Notes under the pieces: generated by a model
Told to the model about the DNA's origin: nothing
Database searches by the model: none
The model's input: only the letters and a program-made list of their open reading frames with translations
Made by a program: the position numbers and the translations under genes
DNA from: Minisyncoccota bacterium
GTDB lineage: Bacteria > Patescibacteriota > Minisyncoccia > Phycocordibacterales > UBA9973
Reading direction: 5' to 3'
NCBI GenBank assembly: GCA_035510575.1
Contig: DATKGV010000008.1
Coordinates: forward strand, 68,618-132,617
Length of the DNA stretch: 64,000 bases
In this document: piece after piece, positions 45,741 to 55,562 of the stretch
How the letters are laid out: every line of letters begins with the position of its first letter
Position numbering within the stretch: the stretch's first letter is position 1

Positions 45741-46157
45741 CCTAATACTAGGTTTCTCTTTTTTCTCTTTCTTTTGTGTGTTAAATATTTTAACTACTTT
45801 TGGTTAAAATATTTAACCAGTTTCGGTAAAAAGATTTAACCAGTTAATTTCCTTTACCAGTTTTTCCACAGGCAATCTAGGGATTGCCCTAATACTTTGT
45901 TTCTCTTTGTTTCCTTTCTTTTGTTAGTTCGTCCCGCGTACCGATATCGGTACGTCGGACGAACCGAAAGTGGTTCGTCTGCTGAACCAGTTCGTTTGGC
46001 GAACTACTTTATCCACAGGTTCACCTAATACTTAGTTTCCTTTGTTTCTCTTTCTTTTGTGTGTCTAAATTTTAGACTACTTTCGGTCTAGTATTTAGAC
46101 CGATTTCGGTCAAGATTTTAGACTGGTCTACTACCTAGACTACTTTATCCCCGGGCT
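45741..46157. promoter_or_regulatory. three tandem ~140-bp modules, each carrying four N5-spaced inverted-repeat sites of a different specificity (GTTAA-N5-TTAAC; GTTCG-N5-CGAAC; GTCTA-N5-TAGAC); candidate operator/centromere (parS-like) or iteron array
   Basis: Modules start at 45741, 45887 and 46024, each with a conserved pyrimidine-rich header cctaatact.gtttc.cttt..tt.c.ttcttttgt. Module 1 sites include ggttaaaatatttaacc, module 2 ggttcgtctgctgaacc and agttcgtttggcgaact, module 3 ggtctagtatttagacc and gtctaaattttagac. Sites sit ~21-25 bp apart and each module ends tactttatcc. Confidence 0.7.
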
Positions 46158-46200
46158 GTAAGCTATGGATTCAACAGTCTGATTTTCGTATAATGGACAC

Positions 46201-46566
46201 ATGACAAAAGTCATATACATCACCGATATCACGCTCCACTCGAAGGACTTTCGCGCAACGCCTAGTCTCGAAAAAGCAGAGCAGAGGAAATTTGCAGGAC
46301 TGCCGTCACCGCGCTTCTATTCTGGTGCGACTAAACTCGACGCGGTCGTCGAGGGCGTGAATCCAGACGGCACGTTCGAGTTCACGATCGACCTGCCCGT
46401 CGATCTCCGCGAAGGATTAGATCGCGGCGAAATCGAGATCCGCTCGCTTCGCGCGGGAGGCATTCCAATCTACCCCGGCAAAGATCTCATTGAAAAAATG
46501 GCACAGCTAAAAAAGAAGGAACGTCGAGAGCTGATCCACCGCAGTCGAAAGTGGCAAGCAAAATAA
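46201..46566 (+). CDS. hypothetical protein (first gene of element)
   Basis: 121-aa ORF in GC-balanced codon usage immediately after the operator array. Confidence 0.4.
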   Translation: MTKVIYITDITLHSKDFRATPSLEKAEQRKFAGLPSPRFYSGATKLDAVVEGVNPDGTFEFTIDLPVDLREGLDRGEIEIRSLRAGGIPIYPGKDLIEKMAQLKKKERRELIHRSRKWQAK

Positions 46567-46667
46567 ATCGTGGTATAGTATAAGCACAACTAAAGATTAC
46601 AGGTGGCGTACCGCACTTTGTGCCATGCCCGCTTCGTAGAGAAAGCCTAAGGAATTAATCTGTCGGA

Positions 46668-48011
46668 TTGATTTTTAAGTCTTCATCGCGAGGCGGGCTT
46701 TCTTATTTATTAGCGTTAATAGATAAGCAGATGCAAAAAACAACACTAGTGTGGCACACGGAGCAACGAAAAATCTCTGACCTCGTTCCAAGCTCCATCA
46801 ACCCTCGGACTATGAGTCCGAAGCAAATTGAAGACCTCAAGCAGAGTCTTCAAAAGTTCAATCTGGTCGAAATCCCCGTCATCGACACTAATAATAATTT
46901 AATCGCAGGACATCAGCGTCTGATGGTCATGAAGCTCCTCGGGCGTGGCGAGGAGGTTATTGACGTGCGCGTGCCGAGCCGGAAGCTATCCAAAAAAGAA
47001 TACGACGCGTACCTTCTTGCCTCGAACCGAATCCACGGCGACTGGGACTGGGCAAAACTCGCCGAGAACTTTGACCTCGAGCTTCTCCTTGAAAACGGAT
47101 TTGACGATAATGACCTCACCCACATCTGGGACGAGAATCTCACCGTTGAAGATGATGAATTTGATTTAGAAAAAGAACTCGAAAAAATCAAGACGCCGAA
47201 GACGAAATACGGCGACGCATACAAGCTCGGAAATCATTTCCTGTTCTGCGGCGACAGCGGGAATCTGGAGACGGTCAGACACACCGTGCACATCAAGAAC
47301 GTGGCGATGCTCTACTTCGACCCGCCGTACAACATCTCCCTCGACTACGACAAAGGCATCGGCGGCAAAAAACACTACGGTGGGAGTGTTAACGACAGCA
47401 AGCCGGACGATGAGTACAAGGAATTCCTGAAGGATATCATCACTAACGGCCTCCTGATTTCAAACATGGATACCCATGTTTTCGTCTGGTGCGACCAACG
47501 ATACATCGGACTCGTGCAGGAAATCTACGAGGAACTCGGCATCGACAGCAAGCGGGTGTGCCTGTGGATCAAGAACGGCGCGAATCCCACGCCAGGAGTC
47601 GCGTTCAACAAATGCTATGAGCCATGCGTGTACGGCGTGCGTGGCAAGCCGTACCTTTCCGACAAAGCACTCAACCTCACGGAGATTCTGAACAAGGAAA
47701 TCGGCAACGGTAACAAAGCCATCGACGACATGCTCGACATGTTGGATATCTGGCTCGTGAAGAGAGTCACAGGATCAGAGTATCAGCATCCAACGCAGAA
47801 GCCACCGAGCCTTCACGAGAAAGCATTGAGAAGATGCACCAAGCCTGGCGACATCGTTCTCGATCTCTTTGGCGGATCGGGATCAACGCTCATCGCGTGC
47901 GAACAATTGAATCGAAGATGCCACATGGTCGAAAAGGAACCAATATTCTGCGATGTCATCATCAACCGATATGAAAAACTCACCGGCACAAAAGCAATCA
48001 AGTTCAGTTAA
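46668..48011 (+). CDS. ParB-like nuclease domain fused to beta-class N6A/N4C DNA methyltransferase
   Basis: N-terminal ParB/Srx motif (NLIAGHQRLMVMKL); methyltransferase motif IV FDPPYN followed later by motif I (DLFGGSGSTLIACEQLNRRC), i.e. beta-class order. Confidence 0.7.
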   Translation: MIFKSSSRGGLSYLLALIDKQMQKTTLVWHTEQRKISDLVPSSINPRTMSPKQIEDLKQSLQKFNLVEIPVIDTNNNLIAGHQRLMVMKLLGRGEEVIDVRVPSRKLSKKEYDAYLLASNRIHGDWDWAKLAENFDLELLLENGFDDNDLTHIWDENLTVEDDEFDLEKELEKIKTPKTKYGDAYKLGNHFLFCGDSGNLETVRHTVHIKNVAMLYFDPPYNISLDYDKGIGGKKHYGGSVNDSKPDDEYKEFLKDIITNGLLISNMDTHVFVWCDQRYIGLVQEIYEELGIDSKRVCLWIKNGANPTPGVAFNKCYEPCVYGVRGKPYLSDKALNLTEILNKEIGNGNKAIDDMLDMLDIWLVKRVTGSEYQHPTQKPPSLHEKALRRCTKPGDIVLDLFGGSGSTLIACEQLNRRCHMVEKEPIFCDVIINRYEKLTGTKAIKFS

Positions 48012-48759
48012 GCAAGGTCAGGTCTGGCAGCTCGGCAGACACCGGCTGCTTGTCGGCGATGCGCTTGATTCCGAAGGCGTGAAGAAGCTTGTCGGCGCGG
48101 ACAAGATCAATTGCATCCTCACCGATGTGCCATACGGAATATCCTACACTGAGAGCAAAGAAAACTTTGCGAGCGTGAAGGTCAACAAGAAAATCCTGAA
48201 CGACAATATTTCGGATGAAACGCAGTATCAAAAATTCATGTCGGGGTGGATCAAGAATATCCTTCCGCACATGGCGAAGAAAAACAGCATCTACATCTTC
48301 AACTGCGACAAGATGCTGTTTGCGCTCAAGGCTTCGCTTGATGAATGCAAGATATATTTCTCTCAATTGCTGATTTGGGTGAAGAATCAAGCGGTCATCG
48401 GAAGAAAGGATTACCTGCCTCAGCACGAACTCATCGTCTTCGGATGGTTCGGCACGCATACGTTCAGAAGATCGAAAGACAAAAGCGTCCTCTTCTATCC
48501 TCGTCCCACAAAAAGCTCTCTCCACCCGACCATGAAGCCGATACCGCTTCTGCGGAATCTCATTCTCAACAGCACAAGCATCAACGACATCGTGTATGAC
48601 TGCTTCCTCGGTAGCGGTTCGACATTGATCGCGTGCGAGCAGACGCACCGCACCTGCCTCGGCGTCGAGCTTGATACCGAATACTGTCAGACCGTCATGG
48701 ATCGCTTCGAGAAGCTGATGAAAATCAAACCAAAATTATTGCATGAACAAAAACACTGA
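47953..48759 (+). CDS. beta-class DNA methyltransferase (paralog of the C-terminal half of the preceding gene)
   Basis: Motif IV variant ILTDVPYGISY, motif I DCFLGSGSTLIACEQTHRTC, C-terminal EKL(T/M)..K similarity to 46668..48011; overlaps it by 59 nt out of frame. Confidence 0.65.
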   Translation: MSSSTDMKNSPAQKQSSSVKQGQVWQLGRHRLLVGDALDSEGVKKLVGADKINCILTDVPYGISYTESKENFASVKVNKKILNDNISDETQYQKFMSGWIKNILPHMAKKNSIYIFNCDKMLFALKASLDECKIYFSQLLIWVKNQAVIGRKDYLPQHELIVFGWFGTHTFRRSKDKSVLFYPRPTKSSLHPTMKPIPLLRNLILNSTSINDIVYDCFLGSGSTLIACEQTHRTCLGVELDTEYCQTVMDRFEKLMKIKPKLLHEQKH

Positions 48760-49147
48760 AGAAAACAAGAATATGCTCTTGGAACAATTGCGGAAAACGC
48801 CGATCGTCCAGATCGCGTGCGAGAAGCTCGACATTTCCCGAGCCACTTTTTACCGGTGGAAATCCGAAGACGAGGAATTTGCTACGTTAGTTGATCAAGC
48901 AGTGAGTGAAGGACGATCACTCATTAATGATGTTGCAGAATCCCAGCTCATCGGCGCGGTCAAAGACCGGAACTTGGCGGCTATCATGTACTGGCTCAAG
49001 CACCACCATGGAGATTACAAGACCAAGGTGCAGATCGACGGCAGATTGGAAACGATACACGAGCTTTCAGTTGAGCAGAAGGCATTGGTCGAACAGGCAT
49101 TAAAGTTAGCAGGCATCACGCCCGAAGAAAACAATGAAGAATCCTAG
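48743..49147 (+). CDS. terminase small subunit-like HTH protein
   Basis: 134 aa with HTH LDISRATFYRWK and a conserved helical region (IMYWLKHHHGDYKTK), directly upstream of and overlapping the large terminase. Confidence 0.4.
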   Translation: MNKNTEENKNMLLEQLRKTPIVQIACEKLDISRATFYRWKSEDEEFATLVDQAVSEGRSLINDVAESQLIGAVKDRNLAAIMYWLKHHHGDYKTKVQIDGRLETIHELSVEQKALVEQALKLAGITPEENNEES

Positions 49148-50606
49148 CAGTGACATATTGGCGAGCATTGCCAAAGACCGCACCGTCAGGCAGAGCGTTA
49201 CCAGAGAAAGTCATCTTTTCTTTTTTCTCGTGTACTTTCCTCACTATGTGAAGTACGAGGTCGCGCCGTTCCAAGACGAGATATTCGACCTGACTCAAGA
49301 CACTTCAAAGAAATTGGTCTGCATTGTCGCGTTCCGCGGCTCGGCAAAGTCCACGATCGTCACCTTTTCATACACGCTCTGGGCGATCCTCGGGAAGCAA
49401 AACAAGAAATATGTCCTCATCGTCTGCCAGACGAAAGCGCAGGCAAAACAGCATATGATGAACATCCGCTATGAACTGGAAACGAACGATCTCCTCAAGA
49501 GCGACTTGGGACCGTTCCGAGAAGAAAACGATACAGAGTGGGCATCGTCGTCGTTGGTATTTGAGAATGTCGGAGCGAGAATCACGATCGCCTCGCTTGA
49601 GCAAAGCATCCGCGGATTCAAGCACAACCAGTACCGCCCCGATCTCATTATCCTTGACGACATTGAAGACCTGAACTCGACCAAGACGCTCGACAGCAGA
49701 AACAAGACGTTTGACTGGTTCTCTCGGGAAGTTGTTCCGCTCGGAGACATTGATACCAGAATCATATTAGTAGGAAATCTACTCCACGAGGACTCGCTCA
49801 TGATGAAATTGAAAACGAAGATTGAGAAAAGAGAAATGGATGGAGTGTTTAAGTGGTATCCGCTTCTCGATGACGAGGGCAGGTGCCTGTGGCCCGGCAA
49901 GTTTGACAGGCCTGAGAAAATCGAGGCACTGAGACGAAGCGTGGCGAATGAACTGGCGTGGCAGCAGGAATATTTATTGCATATAATTTCGGATTCGACC
50001 CGCGTGATATTCCCCGAGTGGATCCAATACTATGACAATCTGCCGGAAGGAATCGAGCATGATTCGCGGGGCGTGTTCATTGGAGTGGACTTGGCGATCT
50101 CGCAAAAAGAAACGGCTGACTATACCGCAGTCGTCACCGGAGTGCTGCACCAGATCGACCGAGAATTGAAAATGTACATCCTGCCGAATCCGATCAACAA
50201 GCGGATGCCGTATCCGGAAACAGTTAATACGATACGGATGATTGCAAAGAATCTGCCGTACAACATGGAGCCATTGGTGGTGATCGAATCGAACGGCTTT
50301 CAAGAAATTTATGCCGATCAGTTGGCGGGGTCGGGAGTGTTGGTCGAAGGCGTAAAAAATACGACTGACAAGCGGTCGCGCCTTGCCATGACTTCGCATT
50401 ACATACAGACAGGCGTGATCCAATTTCCGAGAAATGGAGCAGACGAGCTTATCAACCAGCTGACGGGATTCGGGATCGAGGGGCATGACGATCTTGCCGA
50501 TGCGTTCGCGATGGCGGTGATACGGTCGCTTGATGTCTTGCAGGACAACAGGGATTTTGACGCGTGGCTAAAATTTGTGGAGGAGAATGGGGGACCTTGG
50601 ATTTGA
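49134..50606 (+). CDS. phage terminase large subunit (ATPase + RNase H-like nuclease)
   Basis: N-terminal P-loop-like FRGSAKSTIV, Walker B LIILDDIEDL, C-terminal nuclease Asp cluster (FIGVDLAISQ...DYTAVVTG...ESNGFQ...HDDLADAFAMAV). Confidence 0.65.
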   Translation: MKNPSSDILASIAKDRTVRQSVTRESHLFFFLVYFPHYVKYEVAPFQDEIFDLTQDTSKKLVCIVAFRGSAKSTIVTFSYTLWAILGKQNKKYVLIVCQTKAQAKQHMMNIRYELETNDLLKSDLGPFREENDTEWASSSLVFENVGARITIASLEQSIRGFKHNQYRPDLIILDDIEDLNSTKTLDSRNKTFDWFSREVVPLGDIDTRIILVGNLLHEDSLMMKLKTKIEKREMDGVFKWYPLLDDEGRCLWPGKFDRPEKIEALRRSVANELAWQQEYLLHIISDSTRVIFPEWIQYYDNLPEGIEHDSRGVFIGVDLAISQKETADYTAVVTGVLHQIDRELKMYILPNPINKRMPYPETVNTIRMIAKNLPYNMEPLVVIESNGFQEIYADQLAGSGVLVEGVKNTTDKRSRLAMTSHYIQTGVIQFPRNGADELINQLTGFGIEGHDDLADAFAMAVIRSLDVLQDNRDFDAWLKFVEENGGPWI

Positions 50607-50611
50607 GCTAC

Positions 50612-53302
50612 TTACGCTTTTGAGAACAGTCGCACAATTTCTTCGAAATTCTTCGCTTTATTTTCTTCCCATTCCTCTTGTTTGATATACAGAGCTTCGT
50701 AGATCATTTTACTTTGCCTGTCATTCACATCCTTACACCACTTTTGCAAACGCTCAAACTTTATTTTGTCGTCCTCATCTTCTCTGCCTTTGGTCTCAAT
50801 GATGAAAACGGTCTTATCATTTTTTTTCACAAAGAAGTCAGGATAGTACGTGGCAATAAAGCCCTCGGAATTTTTATATTCAATTCGCAGAGCATTTGCT
50901 TCTTTGTTTTGGAAGTTTTTTGCATAAGAAATTATATCGTCGCACCGCTCAAGGAAATCGGCAAAAGTGAGCTCGAAATTACTATCGCCAACGATGCGAT
51001 TGAATACGGATTTTTTCGGGATCAAAAAAGATTTGTCATTTACAACGAATGGTCGCGCTTCACTTATCTTAATGTAGTTCTTTATTTCCGTATCACCACC
51101 ATCTTTTACTGTAAGCTCATTGATGGCTTTCTTGAACTCGTCCTTGATCAGCTTAATGTATTCGACTTCGGAGAGGTTCCGTAAGAGATTAAGATCGGAT
51201 AAATTGACAGCTCCCTCAAACATATAATTCTCCACGAAATCACGCACTTTACCGAATAAGATGTCGTAGCATCCGAAAAGTCGGAGCTCTCGCATTATCG
51301 CTTGGGCGAAGAAGCCTATGACGCTTTGATAGTTTGGCTCAATATCGCCAGTGAGAACAGTCGTATGGTGCGTCTTCTCATCTACAACGTCTTTAAACAC
51401 AATTTCGCGCTTCTCTTCCTCGGAAAATATTTTTATTTTTACTCGCTTACTACCAAACATTGAAACGTTAAGCTCTGATAGATTTTTATACTCTCTCTGT
51501 ATACGCGGACTCATGACAGGGATTTCAATATCGAGCTTTTCAATATCTTTTTTTGGGTTGTCCTTGTCCACTTCCACCACCATCGGCGTAATCGGCTTGG
51601 ATCCGCTACCCATCAGTCGCTTTTCAAGAAGTACACCCTCGCCTTTAATTGATTCAACAAAATCCATAAAGGCGGGAGTGCCGATGACACTTACATACTC
51701 ATCAACATCGTCTCTTCCGAAAAACATTCGTCGCAAGCCACGACCAAGCGTCTGTTCTGGCAATATCTTTGAGTCAGAGGCATATGGGCGAAGTCCCACG
51801 ATAGTTGTGACATTTTTCACATCCCATCCTTCTTTGAGCATCATCACAGAAATAATAACTTTGAATGGACTTTCCCAACTGTCGATGTCATTTGCTTGTT
51901 TTCGCAGGATTTCAAGTTCTTCCTTATTTTTTCCAGAGATGGTTTCAGAAATCTCACCACTTTTATTAGTATGAATTGTGAGGACTCCACCTTTTAGATC
52001 AGCGAAGCTCGTCTCAAGATATTGCGCTACTTCATCGCAGTTCTGAGTATCATCAGTCATTATGAACAATATAGATTTCTTACCTACAGGTTTGAGCGTC
52101 TCGTACGACTTCTTCCATTCTTCCACTCCAAGATTTATATAATCCCTGTATTTCTCACTGAACAGTGTGCTCTGGTTCGGCTTGAGTTTGCCACGGCTCG
52201 CTTCGTCCGGGACGACGGGATTTTTGACTATTCTCTGGTGTATTGCCTCAACAAGTGGATAGTCAGAAATCGTCTGTACGAAAATTGAGCCGTCCGTCTT
52301 CTTCGGTGTTGCAGTTACATCGAGTTGGAGCGACAACCCAGTACCTTTTTGTTTGAGGCGGTTGTCTATGTCTTGGATTGATTTGAACCAAGCGAGCTTC
52401 TCGTCGTGGATATGGTGTGCTTCGTCGTTAATGACGATCAACTCGTCTATATCTCGCACAATCATTCCCAAATCAACGGTAGAGTCATTCGTTTTCGTGA
52501 CAGGCTTTTCACCAAGGAAATACTGGGAAGCATCCTCGTCTTCTAGGGTTGCCTCTTTTGTGTCGCCTTCAAACACGCGATGGATATTTGTGAGGAATAT
52601 ATTACCTGTGTCTGAAATACCTCGCAGTGCATCTTGGAGGTGAAGTGTTACTTGAAAATCATCATGCCAGTTCTGTCCTCGATATCCATTATCAGGAAGT
52701 ACAGGATCTTCAAAAAATATGTTCAATCCTTCAAAATCTTTTTTTATTCGTTCAAAAACGATAACATTCGGAGTTATTAAAAGAAAGTTTTTTGCCAGCT
52801 TGGAGTCAGTTTCATAAAGTTTGTGAAAATACGCCCACGCGACGATCAAGCTCATAACTTTTGTCTTACCTGCCCCTGTCGCCATTTTTATCACGAAACG
52901 GAGCCAGTCCTCTGTGAACATTTGTGGAGAGAGTACGCCAGTCGAGTTGTATCTGATGAGATCGTATTTATCCTTTACTTGGGCAACCTCATAAAGCCAG
53001 ACAACTGTCTCCAGCGCTTCGCGCTGGGCGAAGTAGTATCGGAAATTATACGTAGTTCCATCTTTGTCAGCTAAAATATGTTCTTCTTTGAACCACCAGT
53101 TAAGCAATGCTATTGAAGTATCACTTGCTCCCTTGTAATTCTGGTCTCGCCACTCTTTTACTTTCTTTCGTAATTCCGCAACAAGAGGTGGAAGAAGTTT
53201 CTCATATCCTCGCTCGCGCAGATCCTCGGCAGCAGGAAACCACCGGATGCTCGGGTCGAGTATTTCAAATGGGTCTTTGGGAAAATCTTTATGTAGTGCC
53301 AT
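50612..53302 (-). CDS. res: Type III restriction endonuclease Res subunit (SF2 helicase + PD-ExK nuclease)
   Basis: Walker A TGAGKTKVMS, DEAH box VINDEAHH, helicase motif VI, C-terminal PD..ExK (YYPDFFV...IIETKG); lies immediately downstream of the mod gene on the same strand. Confidence 0.7.
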   Translation of the reverse strand: MALHKDFPKDPFEILDPSIRWFPAAEDLRERGYEKLLPPLVAELRKKVKEWRDQNYKGASDTSIALLNWWFKEEHILADKDGTTYNFRYYFAQREALETVVWLYEVAQVKDKYDLIRYNSTGVLSPQMFTEDWLRFVIKMATGAGKTKVMSLIVAWAYFHKLYETDSKLAKNFLLITPNVIVFERIKKDFEGLNIFFEDPVLPDNGYRGQNWHDDFQVTLHLQDALRGISDTGNIFLTNIHRVFEGDTKEATLEDEDASQYFLGEKPVTKTNDSTVDLGMIVRDIDELIVINDEAHHIHDEKLAWFKSIQDIDNRLKQKGTGLSLQLDVTATPKKTDGSIFVQTISDYPLVEAIHQRIVKNPVVPDEASRGKLKPNQSTLFSEKYRDYINLGVEEWKKSYETLKPVGKKSILFIMTDDTQNCDEVAQYLETSFADLKGGVLTIHTNKSGEISETISGKNKEELEILRKQANDIDSWESPFKVIISVMMLKEGWDVKNVTTIVGLRPYASDSKILPEQTLGRGLRRMFFGRDDVDEYVSVIGTPAFMDFVESIKGEGVLLEKRLMGSGSKPITPMVVEVDKDNPKKDIEKLDIEIPVMSPRIQREYKNLSELNVSMFGSKRVKIKIFSEEEKREIVFKDVVDEKTHHTTVLTGDIEPNYQSVIGFFAQAIMRELRLFGCYDILFGKVRDFVENYMFEGAVNLSDLNLLRNLSEVEYIKLIKDEFKKAINELTVKDGGDTEIKNYIKISEARPFVVNDKSFLIPKKSVFNRIVGDSNFELTFADFLERCDDIISYAKNFQNKEANALRIEYKNSEGFIATYYPDFFVKKNDKTVFIIETKGREDEDDKIKFERLQKWCKDVNDRQSKMIYEALYIKQEEWEENKAKNFEEIVRLFSKA

Positions 53303-53303
53303 A

Positions 53304-55562
53304 TTAAATTTTCACCTCGATTACTCGAGTGGTATCGTTACCAAAAATGTCTACGACCTTTACTGCAATGGTGTACGCTCCTTTTGGCATTTCTTTTTTT
53401 GCAGAAATGAGTTCAAGGTTCCTGTTCTTCTTAGTGCGAAAACTCTGCCATTCGTTATCAAAAATATAGTCTCCCGTCCATTCTTCTTTTTCTTCGCTGT
53501 CTTCTGTGAACTTTACGATTTCCTTTCGGCTTGTGAAATCAAAATCAACCGCCCAATAGTCAATCCAGTCACTCCACTTTTTTGTAAGCTGTTCAGGAGG
53601 ATTCACCATTCCATTCTTGTCGGTCGTGACTTTCCAAATCTGCCCTTTATCTACAACAATTTTAGTTTTACCTTTAGATCCGTTGATTTCCTCGATGACT
53701 GTATCGAGCTCGTCTTGTGAGTAGAAAACTGAGAAATCAGAAAGTTCGAGAGCAAGTTCTTTGATGCTTCCTTTGCCTGTTACAATAGGTTTGACCTCAA
53801 TGAAAGCAACATCGTAGAACTTGATTTGACCTTTTTCGACGGCGCGTTTGTCGAACACCTCGCGCGGGATGATTTTGAAAGATATATCCACGCCTTGTTC
53901 TTTGTACTCTTGAAAATCTATACCCATCTCGTAGTCGAAACCGAGTACATCCACTTTTGTAATCTGCTTTGATTTGCACTCTTTCACGATATCTTTTATG
54001 AGCTTATGTGAGACTGGATAATTTATAGGACCAACAGCAACGAGACGATCTCGCTTCTTACCGACAATATTCACGAACGATTCGACAGGCTCGGCTTTGT
54101 AAGCGGCGATGATGAGGCGAACAAACTCTTTTTCTTTTCGCTCTGCCTGTTTTGCTTTTTCTTCTGCTCGCAGATTATCGTTTATAGCAATATAGTTTTC
54201 ACGCTCGTATCTGCCAACGTTCAAAATTTCGAATGCTCGGAAATTCTTGCCCTCTTTTTTGAGTTCACGCTGTACTCCAATCATTCGCTTGCGAGAAGTA
54301 TGGACACCGAACTTGCCCAAATCGGATCCAATCCATTTTCTGCCGGACTTTTCTGCAACAGCCATTGTTGTACCCGAACCACAGAAAAAATCAGCGACAA
54401 GATTTCCTTCATCCGAAGACGCTTTGATCAAACGCTCTATGAGACTTTCGGGTTTCTGGGTTGGGTAATCAAGATTTTCTTTACTTATTGCTTGAATGTT
54501 GCTCGTAGTTTTATCTACAAATAAACTCTGTGCGGGAGTACCCTTGTTATCTTCTAAGTAATACTTGTAATGAATTGACTTATTTTTTGTAATAACAATT
54601 AAGTTATTTTTTATTGCTTCGTTTATTCTGTCTTGAGACCATCTCCAATGGTTTCCCTTGGGTGGAGCAATCAATTCACCATTGAAATATCTTGCCTCTC
54701 CAGATCCAGAAGCTGTCAGGGTGACCAATCTGTATTTTCTGCCGTCTCCGTCATCCAACTTGAAAAATGTATTTATGTAGTTTTCATCGGCTGGAGTATA
54801 TTGAGTATTAAAAATATAATTATCTGATTTGGTGTAGAACAAAATTGTGTCGTGTATATTTGCATACTTCGTATCAACATGCCCGTGCGGATTGCTTCTT
54901 TGCCAAATAATTTCATTCCTAAAATTATCTTTCCCAAAAATCTCATCCAAGACCAAACGCATATAACTATTTACTCTCCAATCACAATGCACATAAATAC
55001 TTCCGTCATCTGCGAGTAAGTCGCGCATCAATTTCAATCGCTCATAAATCATTGCGACAAAACTATCCGCACCCTTTCCCCAAGTATCACGATATGCGAT
55101 TTCTTCAATCACTGAAGGTTTTTTAGTAAACTGCTCCTCACCAATTTCTATATCCATCGAAAAATCCGCACCGACATCAAACGGAGGGTCTATGTAAATC
55201 AATTTAAGTCCGCCCTGTGCTTCAATTTCTTTTCGAAGCGGTCCGTTTTTGAGTGACGAAAGAATCAGTTTGTTATCGCCCCAGATGAGCTTGTTCGTCC
55301 AGCCCGTAACCTGTCTGCCAGTAGTATCAAAAAGTGAATCTTGCGCTCCGATCTTGCCTTCACTTCGAGGCTCATCGATTTGCTCGATTGCCTGAAACGG
55401 GAGGACAACATTTGTCACTTCGTTCGTTTTTCCATTCCAAAGAAGCTCGACCTCGCGGTCGTCTTTGAATAGTAAAAAACGATACTTGTCAGGGAGAGGT
55501 TTTCCTGCTTCCAAGTATTTTATTACATCTCTTTTTTCGTTATCTGAAAGATTTGATGACAT
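53304..55562 (-). CDS. mod: Type III R-M Mod subunit (N6-adenine DNA methyltransferase, beta class)
   Basis: Motif IV IYIDPPFDVGADF then motif I FFCGSGTTMAVAEKSGRKWIGSDL; 752 aa; 1-nt spacing to res. Confidence 0.7.
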   Translation of the reverse strand: MSSNLSDNEKRDVIKYLEAGKPLPDKYRFLLFKDDREVELLWNGKTNEVTNVVLPFQAIEQIDEPRSEGKIGAQDSLFDTTGRQVTGWTNKLIWGDNKLILSSLKNGPLRKEIEAQGGLKLIYIDPPFDVGADFSMDIEIGEEQFTKKPSVIEEIAYRDTWGKGADSFVAMIYERLKLMRDLLADDGSIYVHCDWRVNSYMRLVLDEIFGKDNFRNEIIWQRSNPHGHVDTKYANIHDTILFYTKSDNYIFNTQYTPADENYINTFFKLDDGDGRKYRLVTLTASGSGEARYFNGELIAPPKGNHWRWSQDRINEAIKNNLIVITKNKSIHYKYYLEDNKGTPAQSLFVDKTTSNIQAISKENLDYPTQKPESLIERLIKASSDEGNLVADFFCGSGTTMAVAEKSGRKWIGSDLGKFGVHTSRKRMIGVQRELKKEGKNFRAFEILNVGRYERENYIAINDNLRAEEKAKQAERKEKEFVRLIIAAYKAEPVESFVNIVGKKRDRLVAVGPINYPVSHKLIKDIVKECKSKQITKVDVLGFDYEMGIDFQEYKEQGVDISFKIIPREVFDKRAVEKGQIKFYDVAFIEVKPIVTGKGSIKELALELSDFSVFYSQDELDTVIEEINGSKGKTKIVVDKGQIWKVTTDKNGMVNPPEQLTKKWSDWIDYWAVDFDFTSRKEIVKFTEDSEEKEEWTGDYIFDNEWQSFRTKKNRNLELISAKKEMPKGAYTIAVKVVDIFGNDTTRVIEVKI

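Noticed and set aside
48004-48648. Minus-strand 214-aa ORF antisense to the methyltransferase gene (and similar long antisense ORFs 49974..50486, 50678..51184, 51351..51974, 57650..58183)
   Set aside because: Long stop-free antisense frames are expected in GC-balanced DNA. They have no motifs, and the sense-strand genes have clear family signatures.
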